From Octopus sinensis (Eukaryota): a stretch of 64,000 bases of DNA. Below are positions 1 to 12,748 of this stretch, piece by piece. The notes beneath the pieces are model-generated. The model did no database searches. It saw nothing but the letters and a program-made list of their open reading frames with translations, and was not told the origin of the DNA. The DNA lies in NCBI RefSeq assembly GCF_006345805.1, contig NC_043002.1, forward strand, positions 109,678,001 through 109,742,000, read 5' to 3'. The position numbers were made by a program, and so were the translations under genes. How positions within the stretch are numbered: position 1 is the stretch's first letter; every line of letters starts with the position of its first letter.

Positions 1-85
1 AGCCATATAGTTACACATATACATATATAACTATGCACGCATACATATGAACCACACACGCACAAACACACATCTGTATATGTAC

Positions 86-282
86 AAGGGCGGAGAGCTG
101 GCAGAACCGTTAGCACGCCGGGCGAAATGCGTAGCCGTTCTGAGTTCAAATTCCGAGGTCAACTTTGCCTTTCATCCTTTCGGGGTCAATAAATTAAGTA
201 CCAGTTACGCATTGGGGTCGATGTAATCGACTTAATTCGTTTGTCCCCTCTATGTTTAGCCCCTTGTGGGTAATAAAGAAAC
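86..282 (+). mobile_element. tRNA-derived SINE, family A (AAGGCGGCGAGCTGGCAGAA head)
   Basis: A-box-like AGCTGGCAGAA, B-box-like GAGTTCAAATTCC, body GGGGTCGATAAATTAAGTACCAG, tail GTAATAAAGAAA. More than 20 related copies in the window. Confidence 0.85.
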
Positions 283-323
283 ATATATATATATATATCC
301 CATCATATATATATATATATACA

Positions 324-489
324 TATACGAAGGGCTTCTTTCAGTTTCCATCTACCAAATCCTCACAAACCTTTGGTTGGTCTGAGGCTATAGTACAAGA
401 CACTTGCCCAAGATGCCACACAGTGGCACTGAACCCGGACCCATGTGGTTGGTAAGCAAGCTACTTACCACACAGCCACTCCTGCACCT
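324..489 (-). mobile_element. SINE family B, 5' half
   Basis: Matches the head of the full copy at 56097-56500 (AGGCGCAGGAGTGGCTGTGTGGTAAG...GGGTTCAGT...CTTGGGCAAGTGTCTT). Confidence 0.8.
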
Positions 490-553
490 ATATATATATA
501 TATATATTATATATATATATATATATTTGTACACATTGAAAAAATACACATAC

Positions 554-601
<48 letters not shown>

Positions 602-738
602 AGAAAATGGAGAAATATATCTCTCCATTTTCTTATCTTGTATTAGTAATTTGTGGTAAATCATTTTAGCTTTGCCCATATAATACAGTAAATGAATTGA
701 TTGCATCGCAATCCTTAACATTTATGTATTAACTTTGT

Positions 739-820
739 TGGGTACTTCACTAGCAGTATATTGGATATATGTTATCCCATGGAGGGTTGCATTTACAACC
801 CCTATCTCAATTTGTATATA
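739..820 (-). repeat. Short hairpin-containing repeat ending CTAG; copies also at 1011-1090 and ~54188-54255
   Basis: Near-identical ~75-bp unit GCAGTATATTGGATATATGTTATCCCATGG(A/G)GGGTTGCATTTACAACCCC...CAATTTG abutting (TA)n. Confidence 0.75.
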
Positions 821-1083
821 TATATATAATATGATGATAAATGTGTACAAATAACACGGAAAAAATAAATAAATAGTTAGCAGTGTATCAAAAATTCACA
901 TAAGTGCCAAGAATGTTACAGCCTACTTATAAAGGTAGAAATTCCAGGGTTAAGTGAAATTCTTCGAAACATATGTCGGAAGTATAAAGATTTGAATAAC
1001 ATCTGCATTTGGGTACTTCACTAGCAGTATATTGGATATATGTTATCCCATGGAGGGTTGCATTTACAACCCCTATCTCAATT

Positions 1084-1151
<68 letters not shown>

Positions 1152-1739
1152 TAATATATGTATTTTTACCCATTTATACAGTAACATATATATCAACACA
1201 CTAGTGTGCCTCCTCAGACAGTGTGCCATACCACAAGGGTATTCAAAGGGCACCGTTTTGAAATCCTAATTTAAGACTTCTGAAAATTCATATTTATCCT
1301 TGGCCTTCATGTAAAAAAACAACATGTTATTTATAATTTTGTTCCACATAAGTGTGAACAGAAGCAACTAATTTCCTTTGTTGTTTAAAACTTTTTTAAC
1401 AACAAAACAATTAATTATTATTTTTAACTTCCCATGTGAAATATCATTTTTATTTGAACTCCAGTGATTCAAATGGATTAATGATCACTGCCTTATACAC
1501 TCTCATACACAACATCAGATATAAATATAGGAACACAATGGCATAAAAAGGCCTTTTTATTGAAATATTAGTGTGTATATATTACTGTGTGTATGCATCA
1601 CCACCACTACCACCACCACCACCACCACCATGTCCATTGGTGGCGGTGGTGATACTAGGAACAAACCACAATATAATCACAAATGTGCTATTGTTTTCTG
1701 GTCTAACAATGTACAGTGTCTTCTCACACATGGACACAT

Positions 1740-1784
<45 letters not shown>

Positions 1785-2303
1785 GACAGAGTCCAGTAAA
1801 GAAATTAGTACAGGCATTAAGTCTTGTCAATACAGCAACTGTTTTCCTCAACCAATGCCCTATTCTCCCTAAAGTAGGAGACACAAAACAGGGAACATGT
1901 GTTGAAAGGTACTCAGTGGAAGTACAAGGTGTAGCTCCTCCCTACCATATATATATAAATTGGTGCCCTGGTTATATGGGGTAAGGGTTGACATCATCAC
2001 AACATACACTGGGAGGTAGAAAGGCGAGGGAAATAGGGCCCCCCCCCGACTTACTGTTGCCTCATAGTGTCTTGTGTTGCTGTTTAGGGGTCTGCTTAAC
2101 AAAAACAACAATATTGTTATCAACAATAACACTAGTGACAGGAGCAACAACAACAAACAATGTTTGTGAAGGAGCCGAGTAGAGAAGGTGTAAAATTAAT
2201 ACGAAATATGAAACCATTAATATCAATTATCTCTTCTGACATCATCATTTAATGTCAGCTTTCCATGTTGGCATCCCCTGGACATATACATATGCATATA
2301 CAT

Positions 2304-2335
<32 letters not shown>

Positions 2336-2351
2336 CATATCATATATATAC

Positions 2352-2395
<44 letters not shown>

Positions 2396-2522
2396 TATAT
2401 GTATATGTATATATATATATACATATATATATATATAACATATATATATATATACATATATATATATGTATATATATATATACATATATATACACACACA
2501 TATATATATATATGTATATATG

Positions 2523-2585
<63 letters not shown>

Positions 2586-2749
2586 CACTGATACACACAC
2601 ACACACATACGAAGATATTTAGCAGGGCAGTCTGTGTTATGTTATTGAGAAGACAGATTAAAGATATATGAAGGAGGCTGTTAAAATGACTTTTTGTCCC
2701 TTGTTATATACACCCTCCAGTTACGTATTGTAGTCTAGCTGTTAATATG

Positions 2750-4100
2750 AGCGTTGCTTGTTGAACTGTTATTGTTGAATGCTTTGTGAATTATATACAT
2801 CATAACAATGGCATCACAGAGAGTATCTGAATTAATGCTGACCGATCGTGACCTTGTTGCAGCATCGGTAAGATGTTTTGTTGGTCTGAGAACAAAGTAA
2901 TTGAAAGAGAGAGTAATGAACATGGTGGAACGAAGGGGAAAGTAGATCTATTTGTATCAGAAGCCGGATATGAAGCTACGTTGAACGAAAGGTGTTGCTT
3001 CTGGTTTATCGTAAACAGTTGAAGGTTATTTGTTTCGGGAAGATGTGTGAGAATATATATGTGAATAATGTGAGAGACTTATGCATCGTGTTTTTTGTAA
3101 CAGGTCTTGATGTGAATTCAATAAGCTTGGTCAAGGTGACCAAAGTATTGTAGAACAATAATTAATAGTAATTAAATTCATTAAAGGCCTCTATCAAATA
3201 TTACCATAGATTAAGACTGTTTGGAAGAAATGCAGTTGAGTAATGTGTCGACGTATGTGCGAATTTCATACAACAACAGGAAACGAAACTGTATTTGAAG
3301 AGGGTCAATATTTCTCATGAAGTAAAGCCAAAAGTTGCCAATGCTTAAAAATAAAGGAATTTTCTAAATACATATTTGTGGTTATGAACACGTTTATCAT
3401 ATGAAAATCTCCTGTCATTGGAAAATTCTTCCATAAATTATTCTCTAAGGGTTTACCATCAAATTTAAATAGGTAATAACTTCAAAGACATCGCTACAGC
3501 AATACCACCATTGGCTTGTTGAGATGGGCATAAAAACTACCATTCTTCAATATACAAGAGAAAAAACTCTTCAAGGACTGTATGGAAGATGAAACCATCA
3601 ACCAGGAAGCTATGTTTGGGTGCTAACACTGAGGAAGATTCAACCTGAAGATCAAGGTTTACATTGTATCAACTCAACACCAATATATTTGACAGTAATA
3701 TAGTACCTGTCTTGGTATATTCATTCTATTTCGAAGGAAGGCATTTCTTGAGATCAACATTTGCTTCAGAGAACATTAGATGTTGCTTCACTCTTTAATA
3801 ATAAAGATTTGGAATCCTTTATAGAATTGGTAAAGTTTTCTGATTAGTATTTGCTAAAGTATTCCAGAGTGGTCAAATCATTTGAGAAAATGGGAAATTT
3901 GCTTGGACATGTTCATCAAAACACATTTTATAATTTATAAACATAGAATTATTCTGCAGAAATGAACAATTTTATTGCTTTACTAGAGATATTCAGGGAG
4001 CAAGTCATTAAGGTGTTCCTCATGATATCTATTATGGCATTAATATTGCTAAAGGCCAACACCTGGAACTTGAAGCAGAGTGGCCTGGTTTTTAACATAA
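2750..4100 (-). pseudogene. Highly decayed Penelope-like retroelement RT remnant
   Basis: Minus-strand fragments occur in PLE RT order across frameshifts and stops: SIKDS, VE.L..NVNLD (cf. DVESLYTNV), FY..QANGGIAV (cf. Y.Q..G.AMG), LENNL, RTYVDT (cf. RYVDD), IEFTS, TVYDKP. Boundaries approximate. Confidence 0.5.
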
Positions 4101-4882
4101 TGTTGAGAACTACATGCAATGATGTCTTAAATGTGCAAAAATAAAAGAAATTTTAAGGGAACAGGTTTCAGTCATGACTCAAGCTGTTAGATCCCTGGAC
4201 ACGTGTAAAAATGGATTATCCACAAGAGAATATTATTGAATTGATATCTGTCTTAGTAAATATGTTTTCAGGATGACTGGAGTTTACTCATGATCCTAAC
4301 AAAAGATCTCAACTAATAAACAGGTGTTTATGAGGAATTTTCCCTCAAAATGGTCATAGTGTTGGACAAAAATTTCCATTGTTGGTTACAGAAAAGTGGT
4401 TGCATTTCTGATAAAATGCTGCCATATTACCAACAAAGAAATGGAAATATGAACTGGGGTTAGAGGTGTTCTTTCCCCACATTGAAAAATTCCAGTCATT
4501 TTCACCCCGATTATTGCTCAGTAATTGTATAATCTCTCAACTGACCTATTAGAAAGTTCCTCTACTTTAATGGGTCATAAGATCCATTCAGCCTTGATTA
4601 TGTCTTGTTCTACAGCTGATATGGTATAGAAGAGGATCATTATCCCCTCAAAAAGGGACAATCTTTGGGATTGGTGTAAGCTGGAAACAACACTGCTGTT
4701 ATTTCCAGCAATGGGATTGGAACTTTGGCTCATGCTGAATAAACAGGGTTTAAATTTGAACCACTTAAACTGAGAGAGGACGACATTTGCCTAAAGTGCC
4801 AAACAGTGGGACTGAACTTGAAATATGGTTGGGAAGCAAACTGCTTCACTACACAGCCACACAGACAGACAGACAGATACAT

Positions 4883-4982
<100 letters not shown>

Positions 4983-5197
4983 TTGGTGGGACAGTTAGTG
5001 GTATGTGGTTAAAAAGACAAGACTGATTACAGTTTGATACATGGAAGAACCCCTTAAATTTAGGGCATTTGAAGTGACTAAAAGTACACAGTATGTGGGA
5101 CTTTCACTTCCTTCTTGTTATATTTTATGTGGAATAAAGCATCATTTGTGAAACTATTTATTCTTATCTCTTTGTGAATTATTTATATTATATGTAT

Positions 5198-5605
5198 ATA
5201 GGTACAGATGTGGCTGTGTGGTTAAGACCATGTGGTCTTGGGGTTAAGTCCCACTGCATGGCACCTGGGGTAAGTGTCTTTTACTACAGCCCTGGGTCAT
5301 TGAAAGCTTGTAAGTGGATTTGGTAGGTAGCAATTGAAAGAAGAACATTTGCAAATGTGTGTGTGTGTGTGTGTGTGCACATGTTATGGTTTCCTTGCCT
5401 TAACATCACATGATAGTTGTAACCAAGTGTCACCGTTATACATGCAGTGTCCTTCATTTCTAGTCTTGGGGAATTAATATCCTCCTTGGAAACAGTTGAG
5501 GGTTAGCAACTGGAAAGGCATCCAGCCATAGAAAATCTGCTTCAATACACTCCTGACTCATGCAAGCATGGAAAAGTGGACATTGAATTGATGATGATGA
5601 TGATG
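5198..5605 (+). mobile_element. SINE with family-B head, internal (GT)n and RTE-like tail ending (GAT)n
   Basis: Head GATGTGGCTGTGTGGTTAAG...CCCACTGCATGGCACCTGGGGTAAGTGTCTT; tail GGAAAGGCATCCAGCC...CATGCAAGCATGGAAAAGTGGACATT...GATGATGAT. Confidence 0.7.
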
Positions 5606-5624
5606 TATTTAACAGAAGGTGCAT

Positions 5625-5950
5625 GACTCATTGGTTAGGCCATTGGGCTCATACTCATGAGGTAGTGAGTTCGATTCCTGGACTGGGCTGTGTTATGTCC
5701 TTGAGCAAGACACTTTATTTCACATTGCTCCAGTTCAGTCAGCTGTAGAAATGAGTTGCGATGTCACAGGTGCCAAGCTGTATCGGCCCCTTTGCCTTTC
5801 CCTTGGATAACACTGGTGGCATGGAGAGGGGAGGCTGGTATGCATGGGCGACTTCTGGTCTTCCATAAACAACCTTGCCTGGACTTGTGCCTTGGAGGGG
5901 GACTTTCTAGGTGCAATCCCATGGTCATTCATGACTGAAGGGGGGTCTTT
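5625..5950 (+). mobile_element. tRNA-derived SINE with conserved central domain (family G); second copy 14291-14617 on minus strand
   Basis: tRNA-like head (GAGTTCGATTCCTGG), central CCTTGAGCAAGACACTTTATTTCACATTGCTCCAG...CAGCTGTAGAAATGAG, shared tail CCCATGGTCATTCATGAC(C/T)GAAGGGGG. Confidence 0.8.
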
Positions 5951-7114
5951 ACTCTTTACCCTTTAATTTAACAGTACCAACAGCATCAACAACAGTAACA
6001 TCAACATCAGAAACAGGAATAAACTGTATTAACAAGAGTAAACAAATGTCAACAATAACAACATAAACATCAAGAAATAAGATTTCATAAGATTGGTCAA
6101 GAATCCACATTTGTACAGGAGGTTTGTAATTCATTGGATCAACTCCAGTATATAACTGGTATGTATTTTATTGAAGTCGACTCCCTTCTCTGAGAAAGGC
6201 ATAGATGAAATTAATATAAATTATTTACGGTAGTGTACTATCATGATTGCCAATGAGGGAGTCTCTATATGCTAGAAATATCAACCAAAACACAAGCTAT
6301 TATAGGTTCACAGTGGATTGTGATACATGATAGATGAGGGTGTCATGGCTGGAATACTTTTGATCATAAAGCTGCTCAGTGAGGACTGACCTGGAGCAAA
6401 ACAACATTGATACAGATAATGAGACACATCTGAATAAAGCATATCCACGATTATATTTTTTAATGTGTCCTTATTTCATGACAGCAGGCTGGTGTTTTAG
6501 GACAATTTGATTGCTATTTCTAATTAGTCAAATGACCACATAAAAAGTTCCAAACAAAGTTGTTGATGTGACAGGCTGAGAGCTTACAACTAGGTGTGAG
6601 GGTGAGTACAAGTTGTTGTTGGTGTGTGAGGGCGACTGAGGGTGAATGTGAGTGAAGGTGACTGTAAAGTGGTCCCTTATAGAAAGGGCATCCCACCACA
6701 GACACCATGTGAAACAGAGCACACAAGTAAGACATGATTTAAAAGGGAATTGGGCTCTGGCAATCCTTCTAACCCTTACCAGTCTAGAAAAAAGAAAGAA
6801 AAGTAAATCGATGACAATGACAGCAGTATAAATGAAATGCAAGTACCCCAGGAGGGATTGAAGCTATGGATAATCCCTCTATTTCTGAGATTATCTGGTT
6901 CAATTGGGAAGATTTGAAGAATATTGGCTTGCAGTTTGTACTTGCATCACCCTGAAAAGAATGACATGGTGCTCACAGATAGGTTTATTTTTAGGGATAT
7001 TCTTGGTCTGTTTGGGTGTGGTTGGAAATTAGGGGCAGCTGGGTGAGAATGGTGTGGGTGTCTGTAATTAATTTGACCTGTGGTGTTGTAGGTTTATGGT
7101 TTTATATATAATTA

Positions 7115-7493
7115 CTAGCAGTATCGCCCGGCGTTGCTCGGGTTTGTAAGGGAAATAACTATAAAGCATTTTTAGAGAGTTATAGCCAAAAAATAGCAAA
7201 AAAATGGAAAAAAAAAGATGGTAAATTTTTTTGAGTTAAAAAGGTCGAGTTGCGTCCCCTAGACAGTCTGTGGTTTGTGTTTCTGACTCTCGACCCCATG
7301 TCGAATTTATCGATTTTTTTCAGAACTGGGGGAACTTTTCAAAATTTTCGCTGCGTTAGTTTTGAATTATGACATTGGGCTATGTGTGTGTCAAGTTTCA
7401 TCAGAATCGGTTGAAAGCCGTGGTCAGGGTGAGGGTACAACCTAACAGACACACAGAAACACACACAGACAAACTGCCGTTTATATATAGAGA
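7115..7493 (-). mobile_element. Non-autonomous Helitron
   Basis: Minus strand: A|TC start, 3' hairpin CCCGAGCAACGCCGGG, CTAG|T end; these are the canonical Helitron termini and A-T target. Second copy at 17595-17965. Confidence 0.8.
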
Positions 7494-7509
7494 TATATAT
7501 ATATATATA

Positions 7510-7742
7510 TATTTCTTTACTACCCACAAGGGGCTAAACACAGAGGGGACAAACAAGGACAGACAAAGGGATTAAGTCGATTACATCGACCCCAGTGCGT
7601 AACTGGTACTTAATTTATCGACCCTGAAAGGATGAAAGGCAAAGTCGACCTCAGCGGAATTTGAACTCGGAACGCAACGACAGACAAAATACGGCTACGA
7701 ATTTCGCCCGGCGTGCTAACGTTTCTGCCAGCTCACCGCCTT
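7510..7742 (-). mobile_element. SINE family A (full length), head-to-head with a + copy at ~7770-7970
   Basis: Reverse complement of the family A consensus. Confidence 0.85.
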
Positions 7743-8699
7743 CATATATATATATATATATATATATATAAGCAGAAACGTTAGCACACTGGGCAAAATG
7801 TTTAAAGGTATTTTGTCTGCCTTTATGTTCTGAGTTCAAATTCCACTGAGGTTGGCTTTGCCTTTCATCCTTTTGAGGGTCGATAAATTAAGTACCAGTT
7901 GCATACTGGGGTTGATCTAATCAACTAGCCCCACCCCAAAAATGTCAGGTCTTGTGCCTAGAGTAGAAAAGAATAAATAAATATATATATATGTGGAGAG
8001 AAAGAAAGAGAGAGAGAGAAAGAAAGATGAAAAACACTTCCACAGAGTTAGACACTGTTTGACACTACCAGAAGGATGTAAACATAAGTGTGTCACAACA
8101 GATACACACACACACATACAGCTACACACTCACACGCATTTCTGTACCAGAGAGAGTGATGACAATGTCATCAGTATGTGGCTGAAAGCGCAGCCAGGCA
8201 GGCAGACAGAGAGGATGTCTGAATACATTGTGAAGACCAATGTATATATTGATCTAGATGTTTCTGTCATGTCATCTCAAGTCTGTGGGAATCTATGACA
8301 CATACATACAGACAACACACACACACAAGAATGCACAATAGCTAAGTGTAAGCAGACCACCAGCACCACCGCCACTACCACTGCCGCCACCACCACCATC
8401 ACCACCGATGCCAGACAATCTTGTCATTCTAACCAATGTCTTCATCTAGTCTGACACAAAAGACATCTCTTTAGAGTTTTGTGGCACTGACTAAGCATGA
8501 ATAGGTGGTGGTGGTGGTGATGGTGGTGGCGTTATTGGCCGGGGGGGGGGGGTCGGGTGTGTGTTGCGGTTGTTGTTGTGGTGGTGGTGGTGGGGTGGGG
8601 GTGGTGAGTGTGGTGCAAAGCAGGCAATGGTGATGACATAGAACAGTAATGTGCGGAAGAAGCAGGTGACTGGAGCTGACATCTTCACTGCAACAACTA

Positions 8700-8810
8700 T
8701 TTCATGTATATATATATATACATATATACACATATACAAATAAACATACACACCACACACACACATATATATATGTATATATGTGTGTGTGTATATGTAT
8801 ATTTGTATGT

Positions 8811-8842
<32 letters not shown>

Positions 8843-8922
8843 CACACGTATACACACATATATGTACACCTATATACCTATGTACATGCACATATGTATA
8901 GATTTATGCACACACACTCACG

Positions 8923-8973
<51 letters not shown>

Positions 8974-10260
8974 ATATTGTATGTATGTATATATACACAC
9001 GCATACACACATACATTACACACGTACACACACACCTACATACACATGCATACACACACACACACAATGCACGGACACACCCAGACATACACACATACAC
9101 CTATATACACACGCCCACACCCTACATACACACACATACATAACCACACATACACGGACACCCCATACATACTTACATACATACACCTATACACACCGCC
9201 TACACACCTACATACACACACAGCATACACACACACATGTACGCACATACACACACATATACGCACATACATATATACCCACACACATGCACACACACAC
9301 ACACATACGCACATGCATGCATGCATCATGCACACGCGCACACCTACACGCATACACACACACACACGCACGTACACATACATACACACACGCATACATA
9401 CACCATACACATACATGCATCCTCACACACATACATACACCTCACACATACATACACACACACACACTCACTCACCACTGTATGTACGTGCACACACATG
9501 CACATACACACACTTCCCCACACCCACACGTACATACATAACACCTCACACACATACACACACACACCACACCCACGGACATACATCTATGCACACACAT
9601 ACATACACACATACTCACATACATTCATCGGACACACTGCCACCCGGACATACACACAGACACACTCACACATCCACACACATACATACTTACGCACATA
9701 CTCGCAGGCGCGCGCCGCACGCCTTGCGCCGTTCGCGCACGCATACGCTCCGCAGCACCTCGCTCTTGGAACCGACAAGACCCCCCGCCCGTTCCTGGGA
9801 CCGTCGCGTGTCGTTGGGTTTTCCCACGCCCGCCTCCGCGGGACCACTCTTCCATCTTCCCCTCAGCTGGAGTCCTTTTTCCTTACCCCCCCCCCCTTTT
9901 TCGTTACACACACGCGCACACATATACCACATTGCTTAAATATATACATTACTCTTACACACATTCATCTACTCGCCATTATACCACCACGACACTGGAC
10001 ACACAACACACTACTACTCAACACACGCTGGCACGCTACATACGCCCCCACCCCTTCCCCTCCCTCCCTTCCTCCTTCCTTCTTTTTCTTACTACTGACC
10101 TTTGTCTGCTAAGCTGACCACTGTCTCGCCCTACCTCACAGCCTACACACAGACGCACACACTAACACACCATATATATTTTTTTGTTTTTTCATCTCGC
10201 CTCACCACACACATACACCACGCACACGCACCACACTCACACATACACACACATCTGCTG
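8700..10260. repeat. Long degenerate (TA)/(CA) compound microsatellite
   Basis: Almost G-free + strand of CAC/TAC repeats; produces the spurious HT/YI/CV ORFs. Confidence 0.9.
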
Positions 10261-10339
10261 CGTTACCAACCTTGTCTCCACTCTTTGCCTTTAAAAACCC
10301 ACTTTGCTCTGTTTTTCGTAAACATCCGCCTTTCACCAT

Positions 10340-10490
10340 GTGCAACTCGTAACACCAGTCGTCTTTTTTCTCTTTCCCTGTTGCCCGCTCTGGGATCTTT
10401 CTTTCCTCTCTCTTCCTTCTTTATGTTTCCGACGAAGAGCTCCGCTCGAAACGTCATACCTCCCTGCTTCCATTTCCTGAGCGCCTATTA
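10340..10490 (+). mobile_element. Short element with minimal hammerhead-like motif (Penelope-like terminal remnant, subfamily 2)
   Basis: GTTT-CCGACGA-A-GAGC-TCC-GCTC-GAAA-CG-TC-ATAC at 10425-10459; related copy at 14690-14825 (-). Confidence 0.55.
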
Positions 10491-10569
10491 AAATAATACT
10501 GTAATTGTTCCATTGTTGTTGTTTTTTGTTTCCCTTTTGGATTAAAATTATAATATATATATAATATCG

Positions 10570-11350
10570 GTGGCACATAAAAACACCATCCGAAGACCCG
10601 GCAAGACTAGTCAGGCCATAACCCATGGCCCCTACCTGGGACGTAGTCAGTCCACCTGTGCATACCTTCCTTCTTGTGACACTTGTGAAGACCTGTTGAG
10701 GCAAGTGAAAATCAATCAAATCAAACAAACAAAATAGATGAACATCAATGGAATTTGTATCTTTGTGGTACCAGTGCCGGTGGCACGTGGCACATAAGAA
10801 AACCATCCGAACGTGGCCGTAGCCAGTACCCCCCCCGCATCGACTGGCCTCCGTGCTGTGGGCACGTAACAAGCACCATCCGATCGTGGCCGTTTGCCAG
10901 CCTCATCTGGCACCTGTGTCGGTGGCACATAAAAACACCATCCGAGCGTGGCCGTCTGCCAGCCTCGTCTGGCACCTGTGTCGGTGGCACATAAAAACAC
11001 CATCCGAGCGTGCCGTCTGCCAGCCTCGTTGGCACCTGTGTCGGTGGCACATAAAAAACACCATCCGAGCGTGGCCGTCTGCCAGCCTCGTCTGGCACCT
11101 GTGTCGGTGGCACATAAAAACAACATCCGAGCGTGGCCGTTTGTCAGCCTCGTCTGGCACCTGTGTCGGTGGCACATAAAACACCCACTACACTCTCGGA
11201 GTGGTTGGCATTAGGAAGGGCATCCAGCTGTAGAAACACTGCCAGATTGACTGGACGGGTGCAGCTTTCGGCTCCCCAGACCCCAGTTGAACCGTCCAAC
11301 CCATGCTAGCATGGAAAGCGGACGTTAAATGATGATGATGATGATGATGA
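10570..11350 (+). mobile_element. Non-autonomous RTE-tailed retroposon with internal ~62-bp tandem array
   Basis: GTGAAGACCTGTTGAGGCAAGTGAAA head region; four tandem units GCACATAAAAACACCATCCGAGCGTGGCCGTCTGCCAGCCTCGTCTGGCACCTGTGTCGGTG (10925-11171); tail AGGAAGGGCATCCAGCTGTAGAAAC...CCATGCTAGCATGGAAAGCGGACGTTAAA(TGA)n. Relatives at 17375-17570, 23365-23900 (-), 25700-26180, 50750-51000 (-). Confidence 0.8.
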
Positions 11351-11362
11351 TGATATATATAT

Positions 11363-11404
<42 letters not shown>

Positions 11405-11879
11405 CATACATACATGTATACAAATATATACACATGTACATACACATTTATATACACACAACATGTATATGTATGTACATGCATACACATATGCCTATAT
11501 TTGTCCATCTGCACACACACACAAACACACACACACAAATGTTATGTATGTTGTTGAAGTGAGAGCCAAGGTAAACCTAGTCGTGTGTCTTGTTAATTAA
11601 TGAGACATGTCAATCATGAGAGACAGGTGAGGGGTGTCCAGGTGTGAGCCAGAGGGTGAAAAGGAAGAAGATAGCAAAATAAAAAAAAGGGGGGGGGACT
11701 CGGGAGGGGGGGCAGTGGTGGTGGTGCAGACGAGTGAGTGATGCTGTTGTCAGTTCAGATCTTACTAATGTTTGTAAAAGATTAGTGAAATGTATTCCAG
11801 TCATAAGCAAATGAACCATAAATGGCGGTGCCACAGCTCGTGAGCTGAAACTAGATAAAATAAAAAAAATTTAAAAATT

Positions 11880-12270
11880 TTTTCTTGTTATAGTCATAAG
11901 ACTGCGGTCATGCTGGGGCACTACCTGTTTTTTAAACTTGACATTTGTTCTATCGGTCTCTTTTGCTAAACTGCTAAGTGATAGGGACATAAACACACCA
12001 ACACCGGTTGCCAAGCAGTGGTGCAGGACAAACACTGTCACAAAGAGGGAGAGAGAGACACACACACACACACACATGCACGAACACACATACACACGCA
12101 CAATGGGCTTCTTTTCAGTTTCTATGTACAAAATCCGCCCACAAGGCTTTGGTCAGCCTGAAGTTATAGCATACAAAGACATTTGTTCAAGGTGCCATAC
12201 CATGCAGTGGGACAGAACCCAGAACCATGTGGTTGGGAAGCAAATTTCTTATCACACAACCATACCTGCA
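11880..12270 (-). mobile_element. SINE family B (diverged full copy)
   Basis: Head, internal microsatellite and GACTGCGG(C/T)CATGCTGG tail are present. Confidence 0.7.
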
Positions 12271-12748
12271 CACACATTCGATCAAAGTTTTATCAAAATT
12301 TACTTTTTATTTCTGATTGGTCCACTTAGAACATTTGGTTTTGAAAATGGTGAAATATAAGATTCTATCACAGGACCACATTTTGGCTGCAACACATAAC
12401 TTCTACTACAGGAATAAGTATCAGCTTTAGTGTATTGTAGCATCTACCATAGTACTATGACTTGTCTATGGTATATGGCTTTTACCAAAGTAACATTTTG
12501 TGGCTATAGTATATTGCCTCTATCAAATAGTAACATACCTGGGTGATGAATATACAATAATCACTTGCCATGTCACAGTTCACCCATCGCACCCTCAGTA
12601 CATTGCGGATTTTTCTGGCTAATATATGTAAATTTATATTGCGGACTCCTCAGTACATCACAGATTTCTGTGGCCGATAGGTATTTACATTTTTTTAGAT
12701 TTTAATTATTTCTGTGGTAAAATAAGCATTGTTATGCCAAAAAATTAA

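Noticed and set aside
10925-11171. CRISPR-like or coding 62-bp repeats
   Set aside because: No unique spacers; internal to a dispersed retroposon.
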